Counted from the first letter of the stretch, positions 51,479-63,917 are shown. The stretch: 64,000 bases of DNA from Octopus bimaculoides (GCF_001194135.2 NC_068995.1:24530575-24594574); one strand, 5' to 3'. Program-made: numbers and translations. Notes: a model not told the origin generated them from the letters alone.

Positions 51479-52464
51479 CTGAAACAGAGATCACAATATA
51501 AAGTATATCAGTTTCATAATTTTTTTTTGGAGAAAAAAAAAAAGAAAAAGAAAGAAAAATAAACTTAACAAACAGCATAAAAAAGCAGGTAAGTTACTAT
51601 TTTTATCTTTTCAGTAAGTCTGAGCAAGAAGAAAGAAATGGGAAATGGTATTCCTGTGGTTAATATTTAATTTATTGAATGGAAAACATGGGCAAAGAGG
51701 AGAGATATTCTTGATGGTTTGGTTCTTCACAGAGTAGAAAATTTCAGCACAGTGTTTATTAGAGTTTAAAAGGGAAAAAAGACAGTGAGTCTGTATAACA
51801 CTAATCTGAGTTACTGGACAAACCAATCAAATCCAGAATAATTTTACTTTTATTTATCAATTTGATAAGAAGTACAAAGCCCATAAAATTTAAAAACTTC
51901 AGTGGTTGGGAGACAAGGCTTCTATTTAACATTCAGTTTAAATTTCTGTGAGTGAAATGAAAAGATGGATATAAGAGAGAAAACAAGAGGGGGAGTTATG
52001 AAGTGAAAGAACATTCAGAGACAAGTTTTCTGAAAGAACTAGAGCTGATTAAAACATAATAGTAATATAAATGTAGAAAGGAATGTCAGCCTCAATAAAT
52101 GGGTATAGGTAGATGTATTATAGGGTTGGAAAGTCAAGATTAGTAGAGATTGTGGTAGTAATGGCCACAGTTATTGAAAAATGGATGAGGTCCCAGGCCC
52201 TTAACTTATTTACCATATAGTTTTTACAATATAGTTTGTATTCTTACAACTGGCACTATGTTGGGTTAATGAAGAACACTTTGCACTGCATGCTCAAGCA
52301 TTCCAACATGTGCAAGAAATCATTAGGTGCAACTCAATTGTTAAGCAATAGACTCTTTTATGTTGTAAGGAACCCTTCAGCAGAATACTCTGTTTGACTT
52401 GCCTCATACATTATATCAAATAAAGAAATCATCCTGTAATTTCAACTTGAGTAACTGTAAGACA

Positions 52465-52890
52465 GATTCATCATCATTATAACCATTATCTACATTTAAT
52501 ATCCGTTTTCTGTGCTGGCATGGGTTGGATGGCTTGAGAGGAACTGCCAAGGGTTGGGGCTGCATCAGGTTCCATAGTCTGTTTTAGCTTGGTTTCTATA
52601 GCTGGATGCCCTTCCTATTGCCAACCACTTTTATGTGGCACCATCAGCAATGCTTTTTATATGGCACCAACACCCATACCAATGCTTTTTATGTGGCACC
52701 TTGGCTTTAGGATATCAATTCTGTTGTGGTGGGCAGATGATCTTGAGTACAGGAACGTGCCACATATCTTGGTCCTCTTTCATCTTCTTCTCAAGGCTCA
52801 GCATTTTGAGGTTGGCCTTCAATGCTTTGCCCCATGTTTTCCTGTATCTCTCCCTTCCCCGATTTCCCTCCACTTTAATTGATTGACACT
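52465..52890 (-). mobile_element. RTE-LINE 3' end in the TPR-gene intron
   Basis: Minus ORF KVEGNRGRERYRKTWGKALKANLKMLSLEKKMKEDQDMW plus tail. Confidence 0.8.
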
Positions 52891-52899
52891 TTTTAATTG

Positions 52900-54130
52900 A
52901 CTGTGAAATTACACAGTAATTCACTATTACACTATTATACTACAAACTCATGTCACATTTATACTTTGATACTGTTAAGTATTCTAAGTCTGTTAGACTT
53001 GAATAAACCTATGCAGAGTAACCAATTGAATATCCAACAGCCCAATTCCTGTCCACAACTCGAAAGTATCACAACTAGGAACCCAATATAAACTCCTTGA
53101 AAGAATAGCTGTAAGTCATTAGTAGGAAGAAAGTCAGGGCATGTTGCTTCTCTTTTCCTGTAATGCATTCAGTATAACAGAATCTTGGTATAATGAAGCA
53201 ATCAATAATAGTTATTTCGGTGTGTATGAATATTTGTGCTTGTCTGGACCAGTTGGATGAGACAGGGACAAAGATAGTAATTTTTAGGATGAAATTGAAT
53301 TACAACTTTAAGTGTTACTGATGTATAAAAATGTTGAGTAATAAAATATGTAGTTGCTGGACCATGTTAGTTGAAATAGACTGTAGTTATAAACTAGATT
53401 TCTCAAAGCACACATTAATGTTTAAGCTTTAACATATTCGTTTTTCTGCTGTTGTTGCTGAGTAACAAGTGAATGGTATATAAGTAGCTGATAAAAATAT
53501 CTAACAGCTTAACCACGTCTATAGGTATAAGATTTTAGTCAAGCTTCATTGTATGATTGTACTTTTTAGCCTTTGTGTCTCCATTTCTTTTGTGGATATG
53601 TGACTCTCATATTTAGAACTTAAAATGTTTTGTTGTTTCTTTTAAAGGAAAGAGATGTAGTTGCTATATTGAGCAAGATGAATAATCACATAAAAGATTC
53701 CATACTGACTTCTTTGCTTGTATTTTCAATGTAGTTGGTTTCAGGTTGTGAATGGTTTGTGTTCATTATTTAATGTGTGGAGAGAAGTATTTTCAGTGTT
53801 GTGTATCATGGCTTCTAGCACTGAAATTTGAATACAGGATTTGCCAGGATCCTGGTAGATCTTGTATTGAGTACAGATTAGTTTTGTGGATTCTTTTCAT
53901 TTAATTGTTTTTGCAATGTGTGTATCATTTCTGTTAGTTATGTTTTTATGTAGCAAAGAAAGTTCTGAGATTTCATTTATATATGATGCTACAATTTCTG
54001 TTTTATGAGTGTATGAAATGCTGATTTTATTGATTGTAAAGTGATCTACAAGTTAATGTTATCTAGTATTACTGGTGACCAGAGTAATGGTAAACAAGTT
54101 TAGTGTTGTTGTTAATCTGTTCTTGTAAAG
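52900..54130 (-). mobile_element. Decayed CR1-group LINE ORF2 in the TPR-gene intron
   Basis: TGPD near 53250 (cf. KA.GPD); DLQLFFQGVYIGFLVVILSSCGQELGCWIFNWL resembles LD..KAFD.V.H..LL.KL..YG.....WI..FL. Confidence 0.45.
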
Positions 54131-54672
54131 CCATATATTGAACATGGCATCCTGTAGTATGAGAAGCTGTGGAAGGGTGTGGTATCAACATGGCGTGTAT
54201 GATTTACTGATATCAGACATACTTTCATGCAGTAACACATTGCACCTCTTTATCTTGCTGGTGTTTTCCAATTAGACTGCAACAATGCTAACATGAATTA
54301 AAGAGGAAGATAAGAAGTGGTTATAGAAACCACTATTGCACATATAAAGAAGATAAATGAGAACAGGAAACCTTACAATAATTCAGGAAGCCTTCAGTGT
54401 AGCAGTTTAGCTTCCAAGAAACCACGATCTGTTCCATTTTGCCAGATTTTTGTTAAAAAACATGAAACCAATGCTAAAATTAGGACTGTCAAGTTTAAGG
54501 CCAAACTGTTAAGACAGAAATATGACATGGAAAATGAAGCCCCCGTTAGGAGTAGTATGAGGATAAAGATAAAGAGGAGCATATGAAACTGTCAGGTGAA
54601 AAGATAAGAGGTAGGTTTGTGTGAATTGTGTTGTTAATGCTAGTAGTAATGTGGTGGTGGTGGTGAACTTAC

Positions 54673-54911
54673 ATTGGCATTGTGTACATCTTCCACCAAG
54701 TCAGCTGGCTTCGTTTGTTCATTTGTTGACTGCCTCATCTGTAGGAACTGCTGAACCAAATGAGTGGTCAGCAGGTCTTGCAGTTTTTCTTGAGTGAGCT
54801 GACCATGGTTACCCATGTCAGCCTGTTGTTGTTTGATGAAATCCACAAGAGAGACGCTTTTGTATACATTGTTGCTGTTGCTATTAATTGTACGGTTGAA
54901 TAGCGATGGTT
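54673..54911 (-). CDS. Upstream exon of the TPR gene (239 nt); possible start ATG at 54816 (MGNHGQLTQEKLQDLL...HNAN)
   Basis: Acceptor tttttgttttatttgcag (AG 54913-54912), donor AAT|GTAAGT (GT 54672-54671). Open frame ends in phase 0, matching the phase-0 acceptor of the giant exon. ATG at 54816 sits in gacATGG context. Confidence 0.72.
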
Positions 54912-55239
54912 CTGCAAATAAAACAAAAATCATTTTATACTTTGCAATCGATTGGATTTATAAAATGTACTCAAAAGAAAGCGATACACTAAAAGAGAAT
55001 GAATTGACATTCAAGTAATGAACTCAGTAAGAGTCAAGGAAAATATCCATAACGTGTAGAAATTATTTACAACATCTGAAGAAATTATTGTTGAATATGA
55101 GGAGAACCATTTACAATACTGATATAAACATCAACACCAATATGACCATAAGATTTGAAGTAATCACTCCCGACATGGAGAGGGATATCTACATCATATT
55201 TGCAAACATCCACAATGTTAACACAGCCCACCACAATAC

Positions 55240-55402
55240 TTAGCGGTATATCACCCGTTGCTATGTTCTGAGTTCCGTCAAGGTTGACTTTGCCGTTTAT
55301 CCTTTCGGGGTCAATAAATTAAGTACCAGTCAATTACTAGGGTTGATGTAATTGACTATCCCCTCCCACCAAATTTCAGGCCTTGTGCCTGTAGTAGAAA
55401 GG

Positions 55403-55434
<32 letters not shown>

Positions 55435-55435
55435 C
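55240..55435 (+). mobile_element. SINE family A with (ATT)n tail
   Basis: aaggttgactttgccgtttatcctttcggggtcaataaattaagtaccag...gtagtagaaaggattattatt. Confidence 0.88.
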
Positions 55436-55967
55436 AATGGAGGTGGTGGTGGTGGTGGTGGTGGTGGTGATAAAACAAGGGTTTTGTTCACTTCTTCAGT
55501 CATTCATTCTATATGACATTGATTTCTTAATCAAGTAGAAAGCTTTAAACAAGTTAATGTTGAGTGTTCTGTTCAGAACAGGACTCAATGGTACTACTAG
55601 CTATATGAACATATCTAACTTTCCTACCATGGCAACAACCTCAGAGTAGCCAACATAAACTTAGACAGAACAGAACAGGCCAATATTTTGACTTGTTACA
55701 CTAGTCTATTATAAATATGTCAGGTATCTCTCACTTTCTGCTATCAGTTGATCAAGTATTTTCACAATAGTGTTGCAATGTAATGATTTCAAACAGCAGA
55801 CTGTGTACAATGGAAACACTAACCACAACTTTCTAAACATATCTTCTCAAGACATCACAAGTTAGCATTTTACTTAATTTTATTTTGTACAACCAAATTG
55901 TCCATATAGATAAAATGACCTACCAATCTTAGATCATGATTTCATATTTCTATACCTAGGCAATACA

Positions 55968-56019
55968 TATGAGGTGGTATCAAAAAGTTCCCGGATTAGT
56001 TATCTTATATATAAAATAG

Positions 56020-56070
<51 letters not shown>

Positions 56071-56550
56071 CACTTTTCATGCAAAAATGACTGCACGAAT
56101 TGGTTCCATACTTGGGGTGCATGAATAATTTGACCCAGGATACAATAATATGGTCTTGATTTATTTTTTTAATTAAATATAGATAATATTGCTTTATATA
56201 AGATTAACTTCTTTAAAAAGGTTTTTCATTGTCAACTTCTGGTACTGATGTAGCAACTGCAGCTAGCTAGACACACACATGTATGTCTGATATAGCAACT
56301 GTGGCTAGCTACACACTCACATATATGCATACAATATGCCATTGATGAATATTTACATTTTAACCGCTTCTATTTTATTTCAGTTGCATTGTCTTTTGGT
56401 TCCTGGGGAAACATCATGAACATCACAGCTTCCTATATATTTTTAGCTTGAAAATCTTGCTCTTCGCGTTCCTCATACAAACATTTTGTGCGTGTTGGAA
56501 CTACATTTTTTTTTGTCTTTCTTCTAAGGATTTCTGTTGTCTTCTTGGGA
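55968..56550 (-). mobile_element. mariner transposon relic (TIR + transposase fragment)
   Basis: TA-TGAGGTGGTATCAAAAAGTTCCCGGA at 55968 is mariner-TIR-like. Minus-strand VVPTRTKCLYEEREEQDF and CDVHDVSPGTKRQCN* resemble WVP..L and DETW.H.YDPETKRQS..W. Confidence 0.6.
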
Positions 56551-56795
56551 TTTCTGTTACTATCTCTCTCTCCATCTATCTAAATCTTTCTCTCTCTCTC
56601 TACATCTATCTATCTATCTATCTATCTATCTGTGTGTGTTCACTTTTCACATGAAAATGGCTGCATGAATTAGTACCATACTTGGGGTGCAAGAATAATT
56701 TGACCTGAGACACATTAATTTAGTCTTGGTTTATTTTTTTATATTAAAAATAAATAATATTGCTTTATATATACACGATTCACTTCTTTACAAGA
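56060..56795. repeat. ~160-bp diverged direct repeat (56060-56220 and 56631-56793), each preceded by (GT)n
   Basis: ttcacttttca...ccatacttggggtgca.gaataatttgacc...ataatattgctttatata...acttcttta in both. Confidence 0.9.
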
Positions 56796-56874
56796 TGTAC
56801 TTTCTCTCCTTTTCCTTATTCATTCTTTATTCACTCACTCTTTCTCACTCCTCTTTCTTCTTCACTGTCTCTCT

Positions 56875-57175
56875 CACTGATGTTGGTGTGTTTATGTCCC
56901 CATAACTTAGTGGTTCAGCAAAAGACACTGATAGAAAAAGTCCATGGCTCGATTTCTTTAACTAAATACCTCTTTAAGGCAGTGCTCCAGCATGGCCACA
57001 GTCAAATGACTGAAACAAGAGTAAAAGAATATATATCCATCTACCAAATCCACTTACAATGCTTTGATCAATTAGAGGCTAAAGTAGAAGACACTTGCCC
57101 AAGGTGCCATGCAGTGGGAGTGAACCTGGAACCATAGGGTTGGGGAGCAAACTTCTTACCACACAGCCACACCTG
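56875..57175. mobile_element. SINE family B split: 3' half on +, 5' half on -
   Basis: tgttggtgtgtttatgtcccc...gactgaaacaagagtaaaag followed by ccatctaccaaatccac...cttaccacacagcc. Confidence 0.75.
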
Positions 57176-57239
57176 TATGTATACCTATGTTCAAAAGAAC
57201 ACATTTACACGTATTTATATAGAAAATACTTAAATATAA

Positions 57240-57470
57240 GGGCACAGATAGGACAGTGCTATCAATGAGATTGGCACATAAGCTCTTGTCCAGCTTTGCC
57301 TTGAGTACATCTATTACTGAGCTAAATGCCTTCCATCCTGCCTAGATTTCAGCATCCATGTCATAGCTTATATTCACTGTGTGCCCCAAATAAATGTACC
57401 CATTACCTCTTTGATTTCATTGTTTTCCACCTAGGAATAGCATGTTGAGGGTTTATCTAAAATGAGGGAA
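57240..57470 (-). mobile_element. Fragment of a second RTE family RT
   Basis: Minus translation AGWKAFSSVIDVLKAKLDKSLCANLIDSTVLSV (cf. AGW.AF...STVLP). Confidence 0.65.
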
Positions 57471-57619
57471 GACAATTTAGTGAAACAATTTGGGCCTAGA
57501 TGGAAAAGAAGGGTGTAATCAAGAAAGAATTGGAAGTATTTTGTGACCAGTTGGTCAATACAGTGATACAGTGACATAGAAATAACACATATATTTCATA
57601 CACATATGTATAAAATATA

Positions 57620-57850
57620 TGTTCTATGCTGGTGCCATGTAAGAAGCACTCATGCCAGCATAGCATAAAAATACTTGTGCTAGAGCTACATTAAAAGCAC
57701 CCAGCACACCCTGTAAAGTGGTTGGCATTAGGAAGAGCATCCAGACACAGAAATCAAGTGAAATCAGATTGGAACCTGATGCCAGCTTTGGTCAAACCAT
57801 CCAACCCATGCTAGCGTGGAAAACAGATGTCAAAGGATGATGGTGATGGT
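57620..57850 (+). mobile_element. RTE-LINE 3' tail
   Basis: aaaagcacccagcacaccctgtaaagtgg...ccaacccatgctagcgtggaaaac. Confidence 0.75.
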
Positions 57851-58538
57851 GTATATTTTAACATATATGTATGAACAAATGTGTGTGTATACGTGTATTT
57901 ACATAGAAAATATGAATACCACTCTACCTTCAAAAACCAGAAGAAGCAAATGATTAAGTATGCATGAATAACCTACAAACATTTAAAGCAGTAAAGAATG
58001 TCTTAATGCAGACTGAGGGGAGAGTAAAAAAAAGAAGGAAAGTAAAGTGAAGACATTTGAGTAGTTGAACAAGTTACCAAATACTAGATGACGTCAAATA
58101 TGACCAAGCTAATGTCAATGCTAATTCTATATGTTGGTAGTGTGGAATGACAAAATAGCTGCAAAATAATCTTAGGTTTACATTTTACAAATGTGAAAAT
58201 AACTAGTGATTTCTAATGAGGTCTAAGATATGTAGGTTAAGGGGAAAGAGATTTTGTGACATTCATGCATTTCTTAATATGTGTTGTGTTAGCGAAATGA
58301 CTATAACTGAATATGAATATTGGATGGCAGATCCAGAACACCAGACACAAACCAACTAACTTCTAAGGATATGTCACAGTAAAAGATATAACTATACACA
58401 TTCATAGACCTGCTGTATCTCTCTCTTTTTTTTATCTGACTTCTTTTTACAACTGCTACGTCTTCTTTGGAACTAGCTAGGCTCATACCACACTCACTTA
58501 GACATTCTCAACTAGTTCATCCTTCCTTCTCTCATTAC

Positions 58539-58634
58539 CTGCCCAGTCTCTTGAAATTTATTCCTTCTACATGATTTTTTTGAAGCTGCTCAAGAGAAAT
58601 GTTAACCATGTCAATCTCACTGATTTTGGAAGAC
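58539..58634 (-). CDS. Candidate further-upstream exon (96 nt, phase 2-2; SSKISEIDMVNISLEQLQKNHVEGINFKRLG), coding or 5' UTR
   Basis: Acceptor ggtttttgtag (alternative acceptor 24 nt upstream after a long T-rich tract) and donor CAG|GTAATG. Cannot splice directly in frame to the phase-1 acceptor at 54911. Confidence 0.3.
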
Positions 58635-58852
58635 CTACAAAAACCACAGGCACAGCATCTTGTGTCAATAAAATAATAAAAATTTAAAAAGCGCAGAGTA
58701 AAAAACTGTAAATTACTGGTGTGCTGACAATGTTTGACAATCAATGTTAATATGTACTAGAGCATGTCTATATACTCTGAATACTCTTTACTGACTGAGT
58801 ATCATCTTTAACTCTCCCTACAAGCCCACTATTACTATGGGCATAACTGGAC

Positions 58853-58941
58853 AAAATTGCAAGCAGGGGAATGAATCCCCACCCCTACCATCTTGCTAGG
58901 AGATGGTAGGGGTAAGGGTTCGCTCCCCAGCTCACAATTTT
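58853..58941. repeat. 89-nt hairpin: 42-nt arms, 33/42 complementary, ungapped, 5-nt loop
   Basis: aaaattgcaagc...cccctaccatctt [gctag] gagatggtagggg...cacaatttt. Confidence 0.92.
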
Positions 58942-59129
58942 ATTGGATGCAGCTGTGCATTGTTAACCAGCTAGAGGAGATGTCCTCTTGGGATTAAAAA
59001 ATCTCAGTAGAGTCTGCTCAAATGGACAGCCATGTTAAAATGGCTACAAATATTACTTATATATATATATATATCATTTGTAGAAAACATAGATCCCAAA
59101 GAAGAAGCACAGTCTAAGATGTAGAGCAG

Positions 59130-59311
59130 CATATATTAAAAATGGGGCAGGTCGGTTTAGGGGATTACCTCAGGTTTCAGAATTCATATTTTTAAGAGGT
59201 CATGGGCCAACAGGTTTTTGGGATCTGACAATATGCCATAAAGCTAAATCCTTTATGGATGAGAAACCAAAGGTAATCTCATAAACTGGCCTTCCCTATT
59301 TTTAATATATG
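59130..59311. mobile_element. 182-bp MITE-like element with ~49-bp inverted arms
   Basis: catatattaaaaatggggcaggtcggtttag...ggtttc versus gaaacc...cctatttttaatatatg, 41/49 matching. Confidence 0.75.
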
Positions 59312-59804
59312 TACATAAAGGATCAGCTGGACTAGTTTCAATCCTGTTATAATTTCATAACTGAATATCCTTTTAAATCTCCAAAGAGAAGTTGCTTATA
59401 AACCTACTAAGGGCTTAAGTAAATCAGATAAACTGAGTTACATACTGTAATGCATACTTATTCGATTAATAAATTATATGTTATAATATGCAATTCAGTC
59501 TGTCTGAAGTACAAGTTACATTTTACAGAAGCTATTTGCAAATATTGGCAACAGATACAAATAAATGATGAAAGATCTTTCTGATATTAAATCCAATCAC
59601 CAATTAAGCTAGATACCTTTCCAGTTCAGACACATTGTTCTCTCTTTCTGTCTCTTCTACAGCTACTACAGTGAACACTGCATATATATATATATATATC
59701 TTTCTGTTTGTGTGTGTATATATATATATCTTTGCATGAAAGATCAATAAAATGAGTGCCATGATAGTGGTATATGGTGGTCAAAAACTCAACATATAGG
59801 CATA

Positions 59805-60190
59805 GGTGTGGCTGTGTGGTAAGAAACTTGTTTCTCAATCCCATGGTTCTGGGTTCAGTCCCACTGCAGGGCACCTTGGTCTTATACTATATCCACAGGC
59901 CAACCTGAACCTTGTAAGTGGATTTGGTAGACAGAAACTGAAAGAAGCTCATTGTATATGTTGTGTGTGTGTGCACATGTCTTTGTGTCTGTGTTTGTCC
60001 CCACTACACCACTTGACAAGTGGTGTTTACATCCCTATAACTTAGCCAATCAGCAAAAGAGACCAATAGAATAAATACCAGGCTTAAAAGAATAAGTATG
60101 ATCCATTTAACTAAAAATTCTTCAAGGCACTGCCCCAGCATGGCCACAGTCTAATAACCAAAACAAGTATAAAAGAAAAGATAAAAGATA
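59805..60190 (+). mobile_element. SINE family B
   Basis: ggtgtggctgtgtggtaagaaacttg head to gccccagcatggccacag tail. Confidence 0.88.
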
Positions 60191-60399
60191 TCTGATATAT
60201 TGACTGTGTGTGTTCAATTGAGCAGGAGTTGATCAGTACATATTTGAGAGACTAATACATGATTGTTGTAAGTTGTAGTTGTGATCAGCACTAACTTGAA
60301 CACATTGATTAGTATAGATGACTAAAATTATAGCAGCAGCATTCCAGATATGTTATGTTCCAGTTTGATCTGGAAGCACACTGGCCACTCGGTTTAGAA

Positions 60400-60862
60400 T
60401 GTGAAACCAACGGTAGAAAGCACTGAAGTTTGTTTGTATACAGGCAACAACCTTGCTTTAGTTGCAAAAGAGACATGCAGATTAATCGAAGAATTGGTAT
60501 ACAGATCACTTAAAGTGGTTGGAACTTGTGGAAGAGGGAGACCCAGGAAGACACGGGATGAAGTGTTGAAGGCTGACCTCAAGACATTGAGCCTTACAAA
60601 GGAGATGACTAAGGACTGGGATATCTGGTGCACTGCTATACTCAAGAAGACCCATCTGCCACAGCAGAATTGATACCTTCCACATAAAAAGTACCCTGTA
60701 CACTGTAGAGTGGTTGGCAATTGGAAGGGCATCCATATGTAGAAACCATGTTAGAACAGACGATGGAGCTTGGTGCAGACCCTGACCTTACCAGTTCCAG
60801 TCAAACTGCTCAACTCATACCAGCAAGGAAAACGACGTTCAATGATGATGATGATGATGATG
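60400..60862 (+). mobile_element. RTE-LINE 3' end
   Basis: ORF VVGTCGRGRPRKTRDEVLKADLKTLSLTKEMTKDWDIW, short 3' UTR, (GAT)n tail. Confidence 0.85.
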
Positions 60863-61704
60863 ACACTAACCTCAAAACACTGGGATAACTCAGCACACTG
60901 TTTGGACATAGTGAAGCTGTTTATAATGCAGCTATTTTGTGTGAATATGTCTTGTGTGATGATAATAGTAGAGTTGTTGTTGCTGAGAACCATATGCTTG
61001 GACAATTATAGTTGTTGTTAATGTAAATAACAGAAACCGTAGCAAGAACCAGAGTAAGCATCTAACAATGTTTAGGTCCATCACTTTACATTCAGCTCTA
61101 CTCCCACTGAGAGCAATTTTACCTTTACCAAATAAATACCAATTGAGCATTGCTATTTGGATCAATCAAGTTACACTTAGAAATGTAAAATATTACACCA
61201 ATGTAGAAAATAATAATCATCACCATCATTACCAGTGGCAAATGCTCTAATGTGATGTTACTCTCTTAAGTCAATGATCATTTGGGTTTAATTTTCAGTT
61301 AAATCCACTTTATAATCATGATAATACATTCCAGAAAAGCATGATTGTCACAGCTACACATTAGTCACACTCCAACTTCAGTAGATACATGTGAGCCTTG
61401 GCCAGATTTCTATACAGGAAATATATGACATTTGGTTAATTACTAGAGTCAATAGGAAAAAAAACCGTCCCATTAATGTGTGTATACTGCATGTGTAATA
61501 TGTAGTATATAAAATGTGTGTGTACAAGTGTAAAAGTAGAAAAAGAGTTAAAGAACATTAAATAAAAAGCAAAATGTAAAGATGTGTCTGTGCATAAGCA
61601 AACAGATAATTACATATACATGTGTGTCTGTTTGTGTGTGTATATATATATATCTTTGTATAAATTATGAGATAACAACTGATTAAAAAGATTAATCAAA
61701 TGGA

Positions 61705-62660
61705 AACTGAACAAATACATAATCACCACCACCACCACCACCACCACCACCACCATCATCATCATTTTAACATCCACTTTTTTATGCTTGCATGGCTTAG
61801 ACTGAGTTTGCTGCTGGATGCCCTTTTTTGTTGGCAACCCTCACCTGATTCCAAAGAGGGTAATATTTCCCCATGGCCAGACATGTTTCTGTGGTAGATT
61901 GGAAATGAAGGACACTGCTTGTCGAGCGATTAGTTTTTCTCTAAAACTCATGTGATGTCAAGACAAGGAAACAAACTGACACAGACACAGACACACAAAC
62001 AATCATCATCATCAACATTTCGTATTTGGATGGTTTGACAGGAAGCCTGGGGACTGTGCCCAGCTCCACTGTCTGCTTTGGCATGGTTTTTATGGTGGGA
62101 TGCCCTCTATAATGGCAACCACTTTACAGAGTGGACTAGGTGGTTTTTATGTGGCACCAGCACTGCTAAGGTCACCACATAACTTGTAAGACAAAGATCC
62201 CTCAAATGAGAGGAGTGGTACTGAGGGAGGTGGGTTTATGTCAGGTGATGAGAAGTTAAACTATGATAGAGAAGCAGAAACAAGTGTTTTTCTGCAGAGG
62301 ATATACATGGTTACCCCAGCTGGAGGGAGAGAGAGAAAGAGAGAGCGAGATACCAGGGCATACTCTCAAGCTATAAGGATGTGAAAATAAATGGAGTTGT
62401 AGAGGATTGCTCAGGGTGTGTGAGTAGGGAGATTACATGGGTGCAAAAGGGGGAATGCAGTGGTGATGAAACATGAGTGTATAAAGGAACAACAGTATAG
62501 CAATGATACAGTTGACAGAGGGAGGACAGGTAAGAAAGATGATATAGCAGTGCTGGGCTGTGGGAATGTGGGGGTAAGGAGTGAGAGAAAAACGTAGTTC
62601 ATGAAGAAGTGGTATAGTTTGGTTTATTGGAGTAGAGTGTGGGAATTAATCTTATATGTG
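61705..62660 (-). mobile_element. Two RTE 3' UTR/tail fragments, one with the CT-rich UTR
   Basis: (CAC/CAT)n tails at ~61705-61755 and ~62003; purine-rich tract 62150-62660 as in 25640-26260. Confidence 0.65.
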
Positions 62661-63917
62661 GGTGGGATACATGGCACACCCAAAAATCTAAACACACAAT
62701 GCTTTTTTCAGTTTCCATCTGTTAAATCCACACAGTAGGATTGAACCTGAAATCACATTATTGGGTAGTGAATTTCTTCCCCACAAGCCATGCTTTCACT
62801 TAACACATATATAAACATAAATGTGCATGTGTGTATATGCAAACACATGCACATATGCACACATATCTATGTGTCTCTGTATGTATGTGTGTGCATACAT
62901 GTGTGTATTTCAACTACATAAAATCAGTTTCAATTTTACCAATTTAAGAAAAGCAAAAGTTAGTGTAAAACCACATTAACTCCTTCCAGAACACTCTAAC
63001 ACTCAACCCCCCTCCCTACTATCCCACATACTTGCAAAAAAAAAAAGAAAGAAGATAGTGCCACAAACTCCTGCCAGAGAACACCACTTAAACATACAAA
63101 AAACATTGAAGACTTTAGAGAATGCCTGATGTGCATACACCCTACATCACCTTTAAGACTAAAAATCTCCTAAAATGAATGAATTAGTTAGCAAGCATAT
63201 ACTCAAGCAGTTAATCTTAAGACTAAAACAACATAAGATTAGCAGTGCCATTATCATCAAGCCAAAACAAAGCATTGTACAAATTCCCAATTTGATATAA
63301 TGGTTTTTTTTTATGTAGCTTAAATTTTATATATCTTATACTGAAAGCATGGGAATTCAAGAACACATTTACCATTATTAGTGACATTCTCACCTGCCAG
63401 GAAGTTGCTCTTATATCATGACAACTCTTAACAAGTTAAAAAAACAAAGCAAAAGGAAAGCCAACTCTTTATTTCACATAAAAAGCTAACAAAGAAGAAA
63501 TAACCAATCTTGTGAGATTTTTAATTTTATATACCTTCAATAAATGAATCCTACTAGTTCTGCTCTGAAGAAAAATGACAGTTAAGCAATTTTCTTTAAT
63601 ATAATCAACCACACAACCATATGTAATTCAGAAAAGATTCAATCAGAATATTTAAGAAATGCAATTTGGACAATTTAAAAATTGTCAACTTTTTAGCCAT
63701 AACACTAGATCCAACCACAATCACCGTTTCTACTGAAAGCAGACTTAAGAAACCATATACCTGCATACATGTATAATATCCCTCCTCCCACAGTCATAAC
63801 TAATAACCTTGTTGATGGCATAAGCAGAATAATTTCCAGCCTATCCATTGTCATGGGTTCTCATTCCTAAGGTATTTTTTGATGTTGTTGTTATTATTAT
63901 TATTATTATTATTATTG

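Noticed and set aside
56350-56560. Purine-rich segment as an upstream TPR exon
   Set aside because: No acceptor tract, stops in all frames, better explained as mariner transposase decay.
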